Counted from the stretch's first letter, positions 41,250 to 51,150 are shown. The stretch: 64,000 nucleotides of DNA from an uncultured Rikenella sp. (GCA_964635655.1 CAZWOC010000002.1:84319-148318), one strand, 5' to 3'. Numbers and translations are program-made. The notes: a model not told the origin generated them from the letters alone.

Positions 41250-43019
41250 ATGAAAACCTTCCTTAAGATGGTTCTGGCCGTGATAACAGGGCTCATAATC
41301 GCAAGTATCCTCTTTTTCATTGTAACGCTTTCTGTGTTTTCCGGAATGGCAGCCGCTGGCAGGAAACAGGCGACAATTTCTGAAAAAACCGTACTGGTTA
41401 TGAAGACGGGTGCCACGATCCCTGACCGCTCTAAGGGCAATCCGTTCACAACACTTGACCCGGTGACAATGTCATTCACCCAAACCCCCGGACTGAATGA
41501 GATACTTAAAAACCTTAAAAAAGCCGCCAAAGACGACAACATCAGCGGGATACTCATTGAAAACGGTACAATGCCGTCAGGATGGGCGACAGCTGACGAA
41601 CTTCGTACAGCGCTGAAGGAATTCAGGGAGAGCGGAAAATTTGTCTATTCATACTCTGACTATATCCTGATGCAGGAGAGCTATTTCATCTCAACCGCTG
41701 CTGACAAAGTATGGATCAACCCCACATCCTCATTCGATTTCAAGGGTCTGGCAGCCGAGGTCTCCTTTTACAAAGATGCCCTTGAGAAACTGGGTGTCGA
41801 GGTGCAGGTAATCAGGCACGGCAAGTTCAAGGGTGCGGTCGAGCCATACATCCTCGACAAACTAAGCGATGAAAACCGCCTCCAGATCTCTGAATATGTG
41901 GGCTCCATCTGGGAGCATGTCGTAAATGCTATTTCTGAATCACGCGGCGTGCCCGCCGAAAAGGTGATGGCCCTTGCCGACTCGCTTGCAGGTTATGACG
42001 CAACCCGGATGACCACGGCCGGACTGATCGACGGCACAATCTACCGTGACCAGCTCGAAGACAGCATCAGAACAGCTGCAGGGATCGAAAAGGATAAGAA
42101 GATCAATTATGTCACAATGTCAAAGTATTCGAACGCGGCAGTGAAACACAGCGAGACAACCGGAAAGGACAAGATTGCCGTACTGTTCGCCGAAGGGAGC
42201 ATCGTAATGGGCGAGGGCGATGATTCGAACATCGGCGGTAACAGGTATGCCGAGGAGATGAGAAAGCTGCGCAAAGACTCAACTGTGAAGGCAATAGTTT
42301 TCAGGGTCAACTCGCGCGGCGGCAATGCTATCGCCTCCGATATTATCTGGCGCGAGGTTGAGCTTACCGACAAGGTCAAGCCTGTTGTGGTTTCGATGGG
42401 CAACTATGCCGCCAGCGGAGGTTACTACATTTCCGCCGCTGCAAGGAAAATAATGGCTTCACCTGTCACCGTAACCGGCTCAATAGGCGTCTTCGGCCTT
42501 ATTCCCAACGCCCAGGCTCTCCTCGACAATAAGCTGGGCATCAGCTCCGACGTTGTGCGCACAAACGCACACTCCGACTCTCCCTCGCTTACCCGTCCGC
42601 TCAGCGCTTTCGAAAGAGATGCCATTCAGTCCAATGTCGAACAGACATACAGCACTTTTACAGGTGTTGTCGCCGCCGGAAGGAACATGAGGCAGACAGC
42701 AGTCGACAGCATAGGCCAGGGCCGCGTATGGAGCGGCACAGATGCTATTCCTATCGGACTCGTCGACTCCTTCGGCGGACTTGAAGACGCCATAAAGGAA
42801 GCAGCCTCTCTGGCAGGACTTGAGGATTACAAAACAATCGAAAAGCCTGAGTCAGGTGACTTCTATACGAAGTTTCTGAAGGAACTGACCGGTGACATAA
42901 GGGCGAAAGCCATCCGCAACGAGCTGGGTGAAATCTCAAGGTATTACTTTGACCTGAAGGATATTGTTTCATCCGGCGGCATCCAGGCAGAATTGCCATA
43001 TTACATCGAGATCCGATAG
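41250..43019 (+). CDS. sppA: Signal peptide peptidase SppA, 67K type
   Basis: HGKFKGAVEP (catalytic Lys), SMGNYAASGGYY (catalytic Ser), TGSIGVFG, GQGRVWSG. Confidence 0.95.
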   Translation: MKTFLKMVLAVITGLIIASILFFIVTLSVFSGMAAAGRKQATISEKTVLVMKTGATIPDRSKGNPFTTLDPVTMSFTQTPGLNEILKNLKKAAKDDNISGILIENGTMPSGWATADELRTALKEFRESGKFVYSYSDYILMQESYFISTAADKVWINPTSSFDFKGLAAEVSFYKDALEKLGVEVQVIRHGKFKGAVEPYILDKLSDENRLQISEYVGSIWEHVVNAISESRGVPAEKVMALADSLAGYDATRMTTAGLIDGTIYRDQLEDSIRTAAGIEKDKKINYVTMSKYSNAAVKHSETTGKDKIAVLFAEGSIVMGEGDDSNIGGNRYAEEMRKLRKDSTVKAIVFRVNSRGGNAIASDIIWREVELTDKVKPVVVSMGNYAASGGYYISAAARKIMASPVTVTGSIGVFGLIPNAQALLDNKLGISSDVVRTNAHSDSPSLTRPLSAFERDAIQSNVEQTYSTFTGVVAAGRNMRQTAVDSIGQGRVWSGTDAIPIGLVDSFGGLEDAIKEAASLAGLEDYKTIEKPESGDFYTKFLKELTGDIRAKAIRNELGEISRYYFDLKDIVSSGGIQAELPYYIEIR

Positions 43020-43020
43020 A

Positions 43021-44085
43021 ATGATAATTCCGGGGAAGCTCTTCCTGTGGACCGCCTCAAAGCTTTATGGCGCAGCCGTGGCTGTGAGGAACGGACTCTA
43101 TGACATGGGCCTTCTCCGGAGCCTGGAGTTCGACGTTCCTGTAATCTGTACCGGAAATATTACAGCCGGCGGAACCGGCAAGACACCTCATGTGATATGG
43201 CTTGCGGAAAAACTGTCAGCCAGAGCCGGGGTTGCAGTGCTGAGCCGGGGCTATCTCAGGAAAAGCCGCGGATTCATGGCTGTCACCCCTGACAGTACCG
43301 CCGCGGACGCCGGCGATGAGCCACTTCTGATGGCACGGAGCCTTTCCCAGGCTAAAGTCTTTGTTGACCGCGACAGGGTCAACGGCATCAGGGAGATATT
43401 GAGCACTTTCCCGGAAACCGGGACAGTTGTGATGGACGACGGTTTTCAGCACAGGGCCGTCAGAGCCGGAATGTATATCATACTGACCGACTGGGGAAGG
43501 CTGATGACCCGTGACAGGCTGCTGCCGCTGGGACTACTCCGTGAACCGGTTCATGCAGTCAGAAGGGCAGATATTGTTATTGTGACCAAAACACCGGGTG
43601 ATATTACAATGTCAGTGATGGAGCAGGTCAGAAATGAATTGACAACAGCCGGCGCAGGCGATAGTATCTTCTTTACAACGCTGGCATATGACAGTCCGCG
43701 TCAGCTGTTTACTGAAAAGATTACTGCCATCGGCCGCAATACGTCTGTCCTGCTGGTGACCGGCATAGCAAACCCTGCACCCATGACAGAATACCTGGGC
43801 AAAATCGCCGGAAACATCACACATCTGCCATTCCCTGATCATCATGCATATACTGTTGCCGACATTTCAAAAATCACCTCAGCATTCGACGCAATGAGCG
43901 GTCCGGACAAAATAATAGTCACCACCGCCAAGGATGGCGTCAGGTTAAAAGAAATCACTATTATTGCAGACCATGTCAGGCAGGCATTGCATTACCTGCC
44001 AGTCAGAGTGCAATTCATTGAAGATGAAGATGTTTTTTTAAATAAAATATACTCATATGCTGGAAAAGATTATCAGAACCGCTGA
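43021..44085 (+). CDS. lpxK: Tetraacyldisaccharide 4'-kinase
   Basis: GNITAGGTGKTP, SRGY, GDEP, DDGFQH, LLPLGLLRE; ATG at 43021. Confidence 0.95.
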   Translation: MIIPGKLFLWTASKLYGAAVAVRNGLYDMGLLRSLEFDVPVICTGNITAGGTGKTPHVIWLAEKLSARAGVAVLSRGYLRKSRGFMAVTPDSTAADAGDEPLLMARSLSQAKVFVDRDRVNGIREILSTFPETGTVVMDDGFQHRAVRAGMYIILTDWGRLMTRDRLLPLGLLREPVHAVRRADIVIVTKTPGDITMSVMEQVRNELTTAGAGDSIFFTTLAYDSPRQLFTEKITAIGRNTSVLLVTGIANPAPMTEYLGKIAGNITHLPFPDHHAYTVADISKITSAFDAMSGPDKIIVTTAKDGVRLKEITIIADHVRQALHYLPVRVQFIEDEDVFLNKIYSYAGKDYQNR

Positions 44086-44866
44086 TTTCCTGGCTTCAAA
44101 AGGAATAAAGGACCCTGAGGCAGGTATTGTTCTCGGGACAGGACTTGGCGGACTTACGGCAGAGATAGACATCCAGGTCGAGATTCCATACAGTGAGATA
44201 CCCGATTTCCCTGTTTCTACTGTTCAGGGCCATGCAGGAAAACTTATCTACGGTGATTTCGGCGGCAGGAAAGTGATCGCGATGAAAGGCCGGTTTCACT
44301 ATTACGAGGGTTACGGCTCGGAACAGGTTACTTTCCCCATAAGGGTAATGAAGGAGCTTGGTATCAGGGCACTGTTCCTTTCAAATGCAGCAGGAGGTGT
44401 CAACCCGAACTTCAGGATCGGTGAGATCATGATAATAGAAGATCATATCTGCCTGGTTGCCAACCCGTTGATAGGGCCCAATGATGACCGTATCGGACCA
44501 CGGTTCCCGGATATGAGCGAGCCCTATGACAGAAAACTCATAGAGAAGGCGAAAAATATCGCTGCCGGCCTGGGAATCCCCGTCACACAAGGAGTATATC
44601 TGTCAACCACCGGCCCCACTTTCGAGACTCCGGCAGAATACAGATTCTTCCGTATAATAGGCGCTGACGCAGTGGGAATGTCTACAGTGCCAGAGGTGAT
44701 AACCGCAAGGCATATGGGCATCCCGGTTTTTGCCGTCAGCATTATCACCGACCTGGGTGTAGAGGGAAAGATTGAGTACACGACACATGAATCAGTCCAG
44801 GCAGCAGCCGAGCACAGCGAAGAGAAGATGACGAGGATCATGAAGGAGCTCATCGCAATCCTCTGA
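44057..44866 (+). CDS. punA: Purine-nucleoside phosphorylase (trimeric type)
   Basis: GIVLGTGLG, STVQGHAG, GRFHYYEG, GPTFETPAE, VGMSTVPE. Confidence 0.95.
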   Translation: MLEKIIRTADFLASKGIKDPEAGIVLGTGLGGLTAEIDIQVEIPYSEIPDFPVSTVQGHAGKLIYGDFGGRKVIAMKGRFHYYEGYGSEQVTFPIRVMKELGIRALFLSNAAGGVNPNFRIGEIMIIEDHICLVANPLIGPNDDRIGPRFPDMSEPYDRKLIEKAKNIAAGLGIPVTQGVYLSTTGPTFETPAEYRFFRIIGADAVGMSTVPEVITARHMGIPVFAVSIITDLGVEGKIEYTTHESVQAAAEHSEEKMTRIMKELIAIL

Positions 44867-44878
44867 CCTGTCCGTGAT

Positions 44879-46579
44879 TCACCTGTAAAGCATAGCACAC
44901 ACCTTCTTCCACCGGTTCGAGGAACCGGTTGTATTCCATGATTCGGCAACAATAATATATAACCCTGCCGGCAACCGTGATCCGCTGTCTGCAAGCCCGT
45001 CCCAGACGAAGTGGGCACCTGCGCCGGCGTTGACCCTTTCAGCCAGTCGTCTGACAGGGTAGCCCCGGTCACTGAAAATTGTCACAGAGATTACATTATC
45101 ATCACCTCCCGGGAAAAACCCTGCGGAAACCAAATCCTCAAACCCGTCTCCGTCTGGTGAGATCCTCCCTGATGAAAGAGTCAGCCCCTCCCCCTCGACA
45201 GTCCCGTCAAGAATAACCGAATTAGGTGCGCCGGGTGTACCGAAGTTGCAGACCGCAGTTGCTGAATGCCAGTTGGATGATATGTCAGATGCAAAAGCCG
45301 GTGACACCTTCTCCAGTGCGACACCCTCAGTTCCGGAAAGAAAAATCATATGCATCGCTTTGCTGTACTCCACAAGGTCAATGACTGTCATATTTCTGTT
45401 GTAAAGAATCAGTTTTCCCTCATCATCAGGCAATGAAGGCAGCCGGTCAACCCTGAAAATGTTTCTCTCATCGGCGCACGGGTAAAGGGTTGACAGCTCC
45501 GTGCCACCTGTGGTCAGGGCCAGACACACCCCGGGCAGAAGCTGCCGGTGAAGCCCTGTTACAGCCGTTGCGGCAGTGTTGCTGCTGCCTGCCAGGGAGA
45601 GTTGCGACAGATCAAACACTTTTGAAGAGTTATTGTAAATCTCAGCATATTCGCATGATTCCCTTGCCGGGTCAGGCATTAATTCGTTGAACAATATTTC
45701 ACCCGGCATGGGTTCGGCAGGCAGCCCGGTACGGATTTCGCCGTAGCACGGCATATTCCCGGCAAAATCGGTCACCTGTGCCGGTATCTGAAGTGTGATG
45801 ATTTTCCCCTGATCCAGCTCCTCCGGCAGATCAACCAGGGCAGTGCGGTCTGCAGGGTCGCCGGAGGTTGCGGGGGCTGTTCCCCTGCCATCTGCCAGCC
45901 ACGGCCCCGCTCCGGGAAGAATGACCGTCTCGTCAAACAGCACTCCCACCCGGCCCGGAGAGACCGGCCATGCGGCAATTACCCGGGGGCACCTGGTGTC
46001 AGCAACGGTCATCAACGCCGAATTAACCCTTCCGGGCGTGCCGCCTGACGGGTCAGCCGACACGCTCCAGGCATAAGGCTCATTGAACGGATTGTCCGGA
46101 TCGGTTAATTCGGCTGACCATCCTCCGCCGGAGCGGGGCCCGTCACCAAGAAATTCAGGCCTGTAGCTGACAGCATGTATAAGCGTACCGTCCGCGTTCC
46201 TGAGAGCAATCAGCTCTCCTGCATCATTCAGCGAGGGAAAAGACTTGACTGCCATAACCTTCCCGTATGCCAGCAGGTCATTTCTGCTCCCTGTGGAGCA
46301 AAGTATCACCCTCTCATCGGGCCCGATAATGCTCTCCGGCAGGTAAGCCGTATCCGGGCCGACTATCAGAAGCACTCCTTTTGTTGTCAGACTGTCGGCG
46401 CTCCGGCAGAAAATTTCGAGATATTCGCGCTCAGGCAGCCCGTGCGAGGGCGTCGGATCAGCCATTATCTCGGATATTACAAACTCACCGGTGGCCGGAT
46501 AACCATGCAAACCACTCCCCGTCTGCGCCGTAACAGACAGATACATAGACAATAACGGCAACAATATAATCTTTTTCAT
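44879..46579 (-). CDS. Lamin-tail-domain protein with T9SS type B (gliding-motility-associated) CTD
   Basis: Two ISEIMADP/FNELMPDP...EY-x-EI LTD starts, GTPG motifs, C-terminal ISPDGDG...W-D-G...PAGLYII. Confidence 0.8.
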   Translation of the reverse strand: MKKIILLPLLSMYLSVTAQTGSGLHGYPATGEFVISEIMADPTPSHGLPEREYLEIFCRSADSLTTKGVLLIVGPDTAYLPESIIGPDERVILCSTGSRNDLLAYGKVMAVKSFPSLNDAGELIALRNADGTLIHAVSYRPEFLGDGPRSGGGWSAELTDPDNPFNEPYAWSVSADPSGGTPGRVNSALMTVADTRCPRVIAAWPVSPGRVGVLFDETVILPGAGPWLADGRGTAPATSGDPADRTALVDLPEELDQGKIITLQIPAQVTDFAGNMPCYGEIRTGLPAEPMPGEILFNELMPDPARESCEYAEIYNNSSKVFDLSQLSLAGSSNTAATAVTGLHRQLLPGVCLALTTGGTELSTLYPCADERNIFRVDRLPSLPDDEGKLILYNRNMTVIDLVEYSKAMHMIFLSGTEGVALEKVSPAFASDISSNWHSATAVCNFGTPGAPNSVILDGTVEGEGLTLSSGRISPDGDGFEDLVSAGFFPGGDDNVISVTIFSDRGYPVRRLAERVNAGAGAHFVWDGLADSGSRLPAGLYIIVAESWNTTGSSNRWKKVCAMLYR

Positions 46580-46659
46580 GCAGCGGGACTAAAAACGATT
46601 AAATTTGTCGCACTTATTCTATCTATAAAGTTCGTATATTTTTTTTAAACATCGGCAAA

Positions 46660-47652
46660 ATGAAAGTAGCAGTGGTAGGAGCCACGGGAATGGTTGGCAA
46701 AATGATGCTCAAGGTACTTGAAGAGAGGCAGTTTCCTGTCGACAGGCTCTTTCCGGCAGCATCGGAACGTTCAGTCGGCAAAGAGGTCATCTTCAGAGGC
46801 AAAGCTGTGAAGGTGGTGAGTGTGATGGAGGCCGTAGAGGCTGTTCCTGATGTTGCCCTCTTCTCCGCAGGTGCTTCGGTGTCAAGAGAGTGGGCTCCGG
46901 TATTCGCCGAGAACAGTACAACTGTGATTGATAATTCCTCAGCATGGAGGATGGAGAAGGAAATACCCCTTGTTGTGCCGGAGATTAACGCTGACGCCAT
47001 CACTGCTGAAACACGTATAATTGCAAATCCCAACTGTTCGACAATACAGATGCTGATGGCCATAGCTCCCCTTCACAGGGAGTTTGGAATAAGGAGGCTC
47101 GTAATCTCAACCTACCAGTCTGTTACAGGCACAGGAGTCAGGGCCCTGACACAGCTTGAAAATGAGCGACGGGGTCTGACCGGAGAAATGGCCTACCCCT
47201 TCCAGATTGACCTGAACTGCATCCCGCAGTGTGATGTTTTCCTCGACAACGGGTACACAAAGGAGGAGATGAAGCTTGTGAACGAAACCCGCAAGATCCT
47301 CGGTGACGAGGAGATCCGGGTAACTGCCACTGCAGTAAGGGTCCCGGTAACGGGAGGCCACTCGGAGGCAGTCAACATCGAATTCAAACGTGAATTCGAC
47401 CTTGACAAGGTCAGGGCACTGCTGGCTTCGACACCTGGAGTGATCCTTTATGATGATCCTTCCCAGCTTAAATATCCTATGCCCCTGATAGCGCATGACC
47501 ACGATGAGGTTTACGTTGGCAGGCTCAGACGTGATTTCTCACAGGAAAAAACGCTGAATCTGTGGGTGGTGGCTGACAATATTCGCAAGGGAGCTGCAAC
47601 CAACGCAGTGCAGATAGCAGAGCATATGATGTCGGCAGGTCTGCTTAAATAA
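46660..47652 (+). CDS. asd: Aspartate-semialdehyde dehydrogenase
   Basis: VGATGMVG, DNSSAWRM, NPNCSTIQ, RVPVTGGHSE, DNIRKGAATN. Confidence 0.97.
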   Translation: MKVAVVGATGMVGKMMLKVLEERQFPVDRLFPAASERSVGKEVIFRGKAVKVVSVMEAVEAVPDVALFSAGASVSREWAPVFAENSTTVIDNSSAWRMEKEIPLVVPEINADAITAETRIIANPNCSTIQMLMAIAPLHREFGIRRLVISTYQSVTGTGVRALTQLENERRGLTGEMAYPFQIDLNCIPQCDVFLDNGYTKEEMKLVNETRKILGDEEIRVTATAVRVPVTGGHSEAVNIEFKREFDLDKVRALLASTPGVILYDDPSQLKYPMPLIAHDHDEVYVGRLRRDFSQEKTLNLWVVADNIRKGAATNAVQIAEHMMSAGLLK

Positions 47653-48835
47653 CAGGCAATTCTGACTCAAACAAAAAATCATTGTAGGGATACCGCCGTA
47701 CGTGGATCTGCTTTACTTCTTCGTACAGCATCTTTCTGAGCTCATCAAAGTTATCCCGCTTTTTCGCAGAAATGAATACAGTGCGCTGGTCACCGGCCCG
47801 GGCCATCCATGTCCTGCGCAGGTCATCGAGCGACAGGTTTTCACGCTCAACGGGAGTAAGATCAAACTCATCCTTACGGGTGAATGAGAAGAGATCTGTT
47901 TTGTTGAATACAAGTATTGTCGGCTTGTTGAGCGCCCCGAGGTCCCTGAGAGTTGTGTTTACTACTGTCAGCTGTTCCTCGAAGCCCGGGTGGGAGATGT
48001 CAATTACATGGAGAAGAAGGTCAGCTTCGCGCACCTCATCGAGGGTAGACTTGAACGACTCCACCAGGTCATGCGGAAGCTTGCGGATGAAACCCACCGT
48101 GTCGGAAAGGAGGAACGGCAGGTTGCCCACGACAACCTTCCTGACTGTTGTGTCAAGTGTGGCAAAAAGCTTATTCTCGGCGAACAGGTCACTCTTGCTT
48201 ATCTGGTTCATCAGGGTCGACTTCCCGACGTTTGTATAGCCGACAAGAGCGACCCTGACCATCTTCTCCCTGCCCTTCCGGCGGGTGTTCATCTGTGTAT
48301 CGATCTTCTTGAGCTGCTCCTTGAGCTTTGTGATCTTGTCACGGATTATACGACGGTCTGTTTCTATCTCGGTTTCGCCCGGACCCCTCAGCCCGATGCC
48401 TCCGCGCTGCCGCTCGAGGTGAGTCCACATCCCGGTAAGTCGCGGGAGAAGATACTGGTACTGGGCAAGCTCAACCTGGGTACGTGCATGCGATGTGCGC
48501 GCCCTTCCGGCGAAGATGTCAAGAATCAGATTGGTGCGGTCAATGATGCGGCAGGCGAGATCCTTCTCGATATTACGCATCTGGCTGGGGGTGAGCTCGT
48601 CATCGAAGATCGCGAGGGTTATTTCGTTTGCAGCGATGAATGCAGCTATCTCTTCGACCTTCCCCTTGTTGACAAAAGTGCGCGGATTGGGATGTTCAAC
48701 ACGCTGCAGGAATTTCCTGACAGGCACTGCACCTGCAGTCTCGGCAAGAAACGCCAGCTCGTCAAGGTATTCACGGGCGCTGGCTTCATTTATCTCCGGG
48801 GTGATGACCCCGATCAGGACAGCTCTTTCTATAAT
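47645..48835 (-). CDS. hflX: Ribosome-splitting GTPase HflX (start probably non-canonical ATT 48835 or ATA 48832)
   Basis: GYTNVGKST, LFATLD, DTVGF, NKTD. The conserved N-terminal ERAVLIG...ELAFLAETAG lies upstream of the track's GTG at 48727. Confidence 0.93.
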   Translation of the reverse strand: MIERAVLIGVITPEINEASAREYLDELAFLAETAGAVPVRKFLQRVEHPNPRTFVNKGKVEEIAAFIAANEITLAIFDDELTPSQMRNIEKDLACRIIDRTNLILDIFAGRARTSHARTQVELAQYQYLLPRLTGMWTHLERQRGGIGLRGPGETEIETDRRIIRDKITKLKEQLKKIDTQMNTRRKGREKMVRVALVGYTNVGKSTLMNQISKSDLFAENKLFATLDTTVRKVVVGNLPFLLSDTVGFIRKLPHDLVESFKSTLDEVREADLLLHVIDISHPGFEEQLTVVNTTLRDLGALNKPTILVFNKTDLFSFTRKDEFDLTPVERENLSLDDLRRTWMARAGDQRTVFISAKKRDNFDELRKMLYEEVKQIHVRRYPYNDFLFESELPVI

Positions 48836-48882
48836 TTTAACGCCCCGGTCTTTAGTGGCCGGGGCGTCAAAATTAATATAAA

Positions 48883-50055
48883 CTAATTAATATACCTTCG
48901 GTTGGTTTCCATGAAGCCCCTGATGGCAGTCTTCAGATTCTCCGAACACATCAACACCATGTCTATATCCATAGGAAATTCAACTGTTTGTGACTGCAGC
49001 ATTTTCTTTTGTTCTGCCGACAGTGCATTTACATCACCGATAGCCCTTGCAGAGACATGCTCGAAATCCGACCTGGCTCCGATGGGCTCTTTCTTGATCG
49101 TGCGTTCAGGATAAAGTGCAATTATCTCGACATCACCCTGTATAACGCATTCTTTCACCTGGAAGGTCTGTATCAGTGCACACTGCAGATCCTTGAATTT
49201 TTTTACCTTGATGTCATTGCCAAGTGAATCCTTCATGACGTTGCCCTTTGCGTCCTTGACATAGTCGAAACCGTCCTCCACCCTGGCCTTGACAAGGGTG
49301 TCACGCTGGAACTGTCTGTCAGGACTGACAGCAATAGTGCGAAGGTTTATATTTATATAGTAATCTATCTGTGTATCGTTGTCAGGCAGGTATGTGTAAT
49401 ACTCAACCCATTCGTTGTTAAGCCGGGGCAGGTCAAGGGCCAGCAGATCCTTTTCAAATTCTTCGGGGAATTTTATTACAGAGTAGTTTTTAACTGTCAC
49501 ATAGGCGCGGCTGATTCCCAGGTAATGTGATTCCTGCATCATCTGGTCGATGTTCGGGTAATCACCTACGTACTCGCGTGCACGGGCGAATTCGGCGTAT
49601 GCCTGACGGAATGAGTCCTTCGTGTTGTTTTTCATGAGCTCCTGTCCGTGTGCATAGTAGAAGTCGGCTGCCTTTTTCTTGGCGATTACCATTTCCTGCA
49701 TGTAATCTACATAGGGCCATTCGATAGTCCTGCCCTGGTAGCTGAGCGGGGTCACTGTGCGCACTGCAGCCTGGCGGTCATTCATCTTCTTGTAGATGAT
49801 GTAAATCTCGTCCCAGGCGTTTGTTCTCCCTTCCATTTTCAGGAAACGGATTCGCTCGTTGTCCTGGTCAAGGGCAATATTCATCGCCCGCTCGAGGGTT
49901 TCAATGTCCTTTTCGCTGTCAGGCCTTTTCCTGAGTTCACTGACAGCTTTGTTGATCGCAGCGTCATAATTGCCGATCTCAAGCTGCTTTTTTGACGATC
50001 CGCAGCCTGACATAAGCATGGCTGCAATAAAAAAGATTCCGAAAGTCCGTTTCAT
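48883..50055 (-). CDS. Conserved hypothetical lipoprotein (TPR-like helical N-terminus)
   Basis: Lipobox MSGC, 390-aa ORF; no catalytic motif recognised. Confidence 0.75.
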   Translation of the reverse strand: MKRTFGIFFIAAMLMSGCGSSKKQLEIGNYDAAINKAVSELRKRPDSEKDIETLERAMNIALDQDNERIRFLKMEGRTNAWDEIYIIYKKMNDRQAAVRTVTPLSYQGRTIEWPYVDYMQEMVIAKKKAADFYYAHGQELMKNNTKDSFRQAYAEFARAREYVGDYPNIDQMMQESHYLGISRAYVTVKNYSVIKFPEEFEKDLLALDLPRLNNEWVEYYTYLPDNDTQIDYYININLRTIAVSPDRQFQRDTLVKARVEDGFDYVKDAKGNVMKDSLGNDIKVKKFKDLQCALIQTFQVKECVIQGDVEIIALYPERTIKKEPIGARSDFEHVSARAIGDVNALSAEQKKMLQSQTVEFPMDIDMVLMCSENLKTAIRGFMETNRRYIN

Positions 50056-50067
50056 AGTAATGGATTT

Positions 50068-50100
50068 AAAAAACCCCGCTTTTCATTTTGAAGGCGGGGT
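50068..50100 (-). terminator. Terminator after tonB
   Basis: ACCCCGCTTT / AAGGCGGGGT stem with a T-tract on the minus strand. Confidence 0.7.
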
Positions 50101-50126
50101 GTATACTAAACGCTGTATATGTCTGA

Positions 50127-50813
50127 TTATTGCAGCTGGAAGATGATTGGTATTGAATATCTCACCCTCACCGGCCGCCCGCGTTGCATTCCTGGTTCCC
50201 ATTTTGGTGATGCCGCAACAGCTTCCTTGGCAGCTTCGTCGAGGAGTGCATCGACACTGCGGGAGACAGAAACATTGCTGACGTTGCCGTTAGTTTCAAC
50301 CACAAAGGTTATGAATACACGTCCCTGTATTCCGTTTTCAGATGCCAGTTCAGGATAGCGGACCCTCTTCTGCACCCAGTCACGGAATGTATTGATGTCA
50401 CCACCCTTGAATTTGGGCATATCTTCAACAATGACGAAGATCTCTTCTTCAACTTCCTCCTCTTCAGCCTGGAGTACCGGAGCATATATTTCCACCACCT
50501 TGTCTTCGGAGGTCTCGTCATCTTCGAATTTTACGTCAGTGTCAATCACTACGTCGTCTTCGACGATTTCAAAGAGGTCAGTAACTGTAACCTCTGGCGG
50601 AGGCATTTCCTCCGGGGGTGTTTCTTCAGTGACAGGGATCTGTTCTTCTTCTATGGCCTCCTCTGTCATGCCGGCGAATGCCGAGTCTTTCTTCTGTCCG
50701 CTGGTCCACTCCATGGCTCCGATACAGATTATCAGTGCGATGATGAGGCCGATCTGCAGGAACAGAGACTTTTTATTCTCGAGGTTTGCCTTTTCGTTTT
50801 TCTTCAGTTCCAT
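50127..50813 (-). CDS. tonB: Energy transducer TonB
   Basis: N-terminal TM, acidic linker, C-terminal YPELASENGIQGRVFITFVVE...WEPG-x-QRGRPVRVRYSIPI. Confidence 0.93.
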   Translation of the reverse strand: MELKKNEKANLENKKSLFLQIGLIIALIICIGAMEWTSGQKKDSAFAGMTEEAIEEEQIPVTEETPPEEMPPPEVTVTDLFEIVEDDVVIDTDVKFEDDETSEDKVVEIYAPVLQAEEEEVEEEIFVIVEDMPKFKGGDINTFRDWVQKRVRYPELASENGIQGRVFITFVVETNGNVSNVSVSRSVDALLDEAAKEAVAASPKWEPGMQRGRPVRVRYSIPIIFQLQ

Positions 50814-50898
50814 TGTAATGCTGTTATAGGCACCTCAAAGTTACGAAATTGTTTATCATCTACGACCGGGAGGTATTAAGTGATTTGTAAAAATTTTC

Positions 50899-50906
50899 TA
50901 TATTTG
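50899..50906 (+). promoter_or_regulatory. Sigma-A -7 element driving the leader RNA/tRNA-Ala transcript
   Basis: TATATTTG. Confidence 0.65.
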
Positions 50907-50908
50907 CA

Positions 50909-51013
50909 CCGCTCCGGGCGGTTGGAGGTAATCAACGCGGACCGGGGATGTTCATTTTATCAGTTTGGAGCGGGACCTTACAAGAGCCTGATACCGGCAG
51001 TTCTTTACATCAT
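50909..51013 (+). ncRNA. Candidate structured RNA/leader upstream of tRNA-Ala (family not recognised)
   Basis: CCGCTCC/GGAGCGG closing stem, GTTG...CAAC hairpin, TATCAG/CTGATA complementarity. Confidence 0.35.
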
Positions 51014-51087
51014 GGGGATATAGCTCAGTTGGCTAGAGCGTGTGACTGGCAGTCACAAGGTCAGGGGTTCGATTCCCCTTATCTCCA
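51014..51087 (+). tRNA. tRNA-Ala(GGC)
   Basis: GGGGATA/TATCTCC acceptor stem with G3:U70, TGTGA-CTGGCAG-TCACA anticodon arm, GGTTCGATTCC T-arm. Confidence 0.97.
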
Positions 51088-51111
51088 CAAAATCAATTAG
51101 TTACAAAATTA

Positions 51112-51150
51112 GAGTCCTGTAAATCAAGCATTTGCAGGATTCTTTTTTTT
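51112..51150 (+). terminator. Terminator after tRNA-Ala
   Basis: GAGTCCTGTAAAT-CAAGC-ATTTGCAGGATTC followed by T8. Confidence 0.8.

Noticed and set aside
42300-42340. SppA motif NSRGGN instead of the usual NSPGGS
   Set aside because: The catalytic Ser and Lys motifs are intact; probably a tolerated variant and not testable here.
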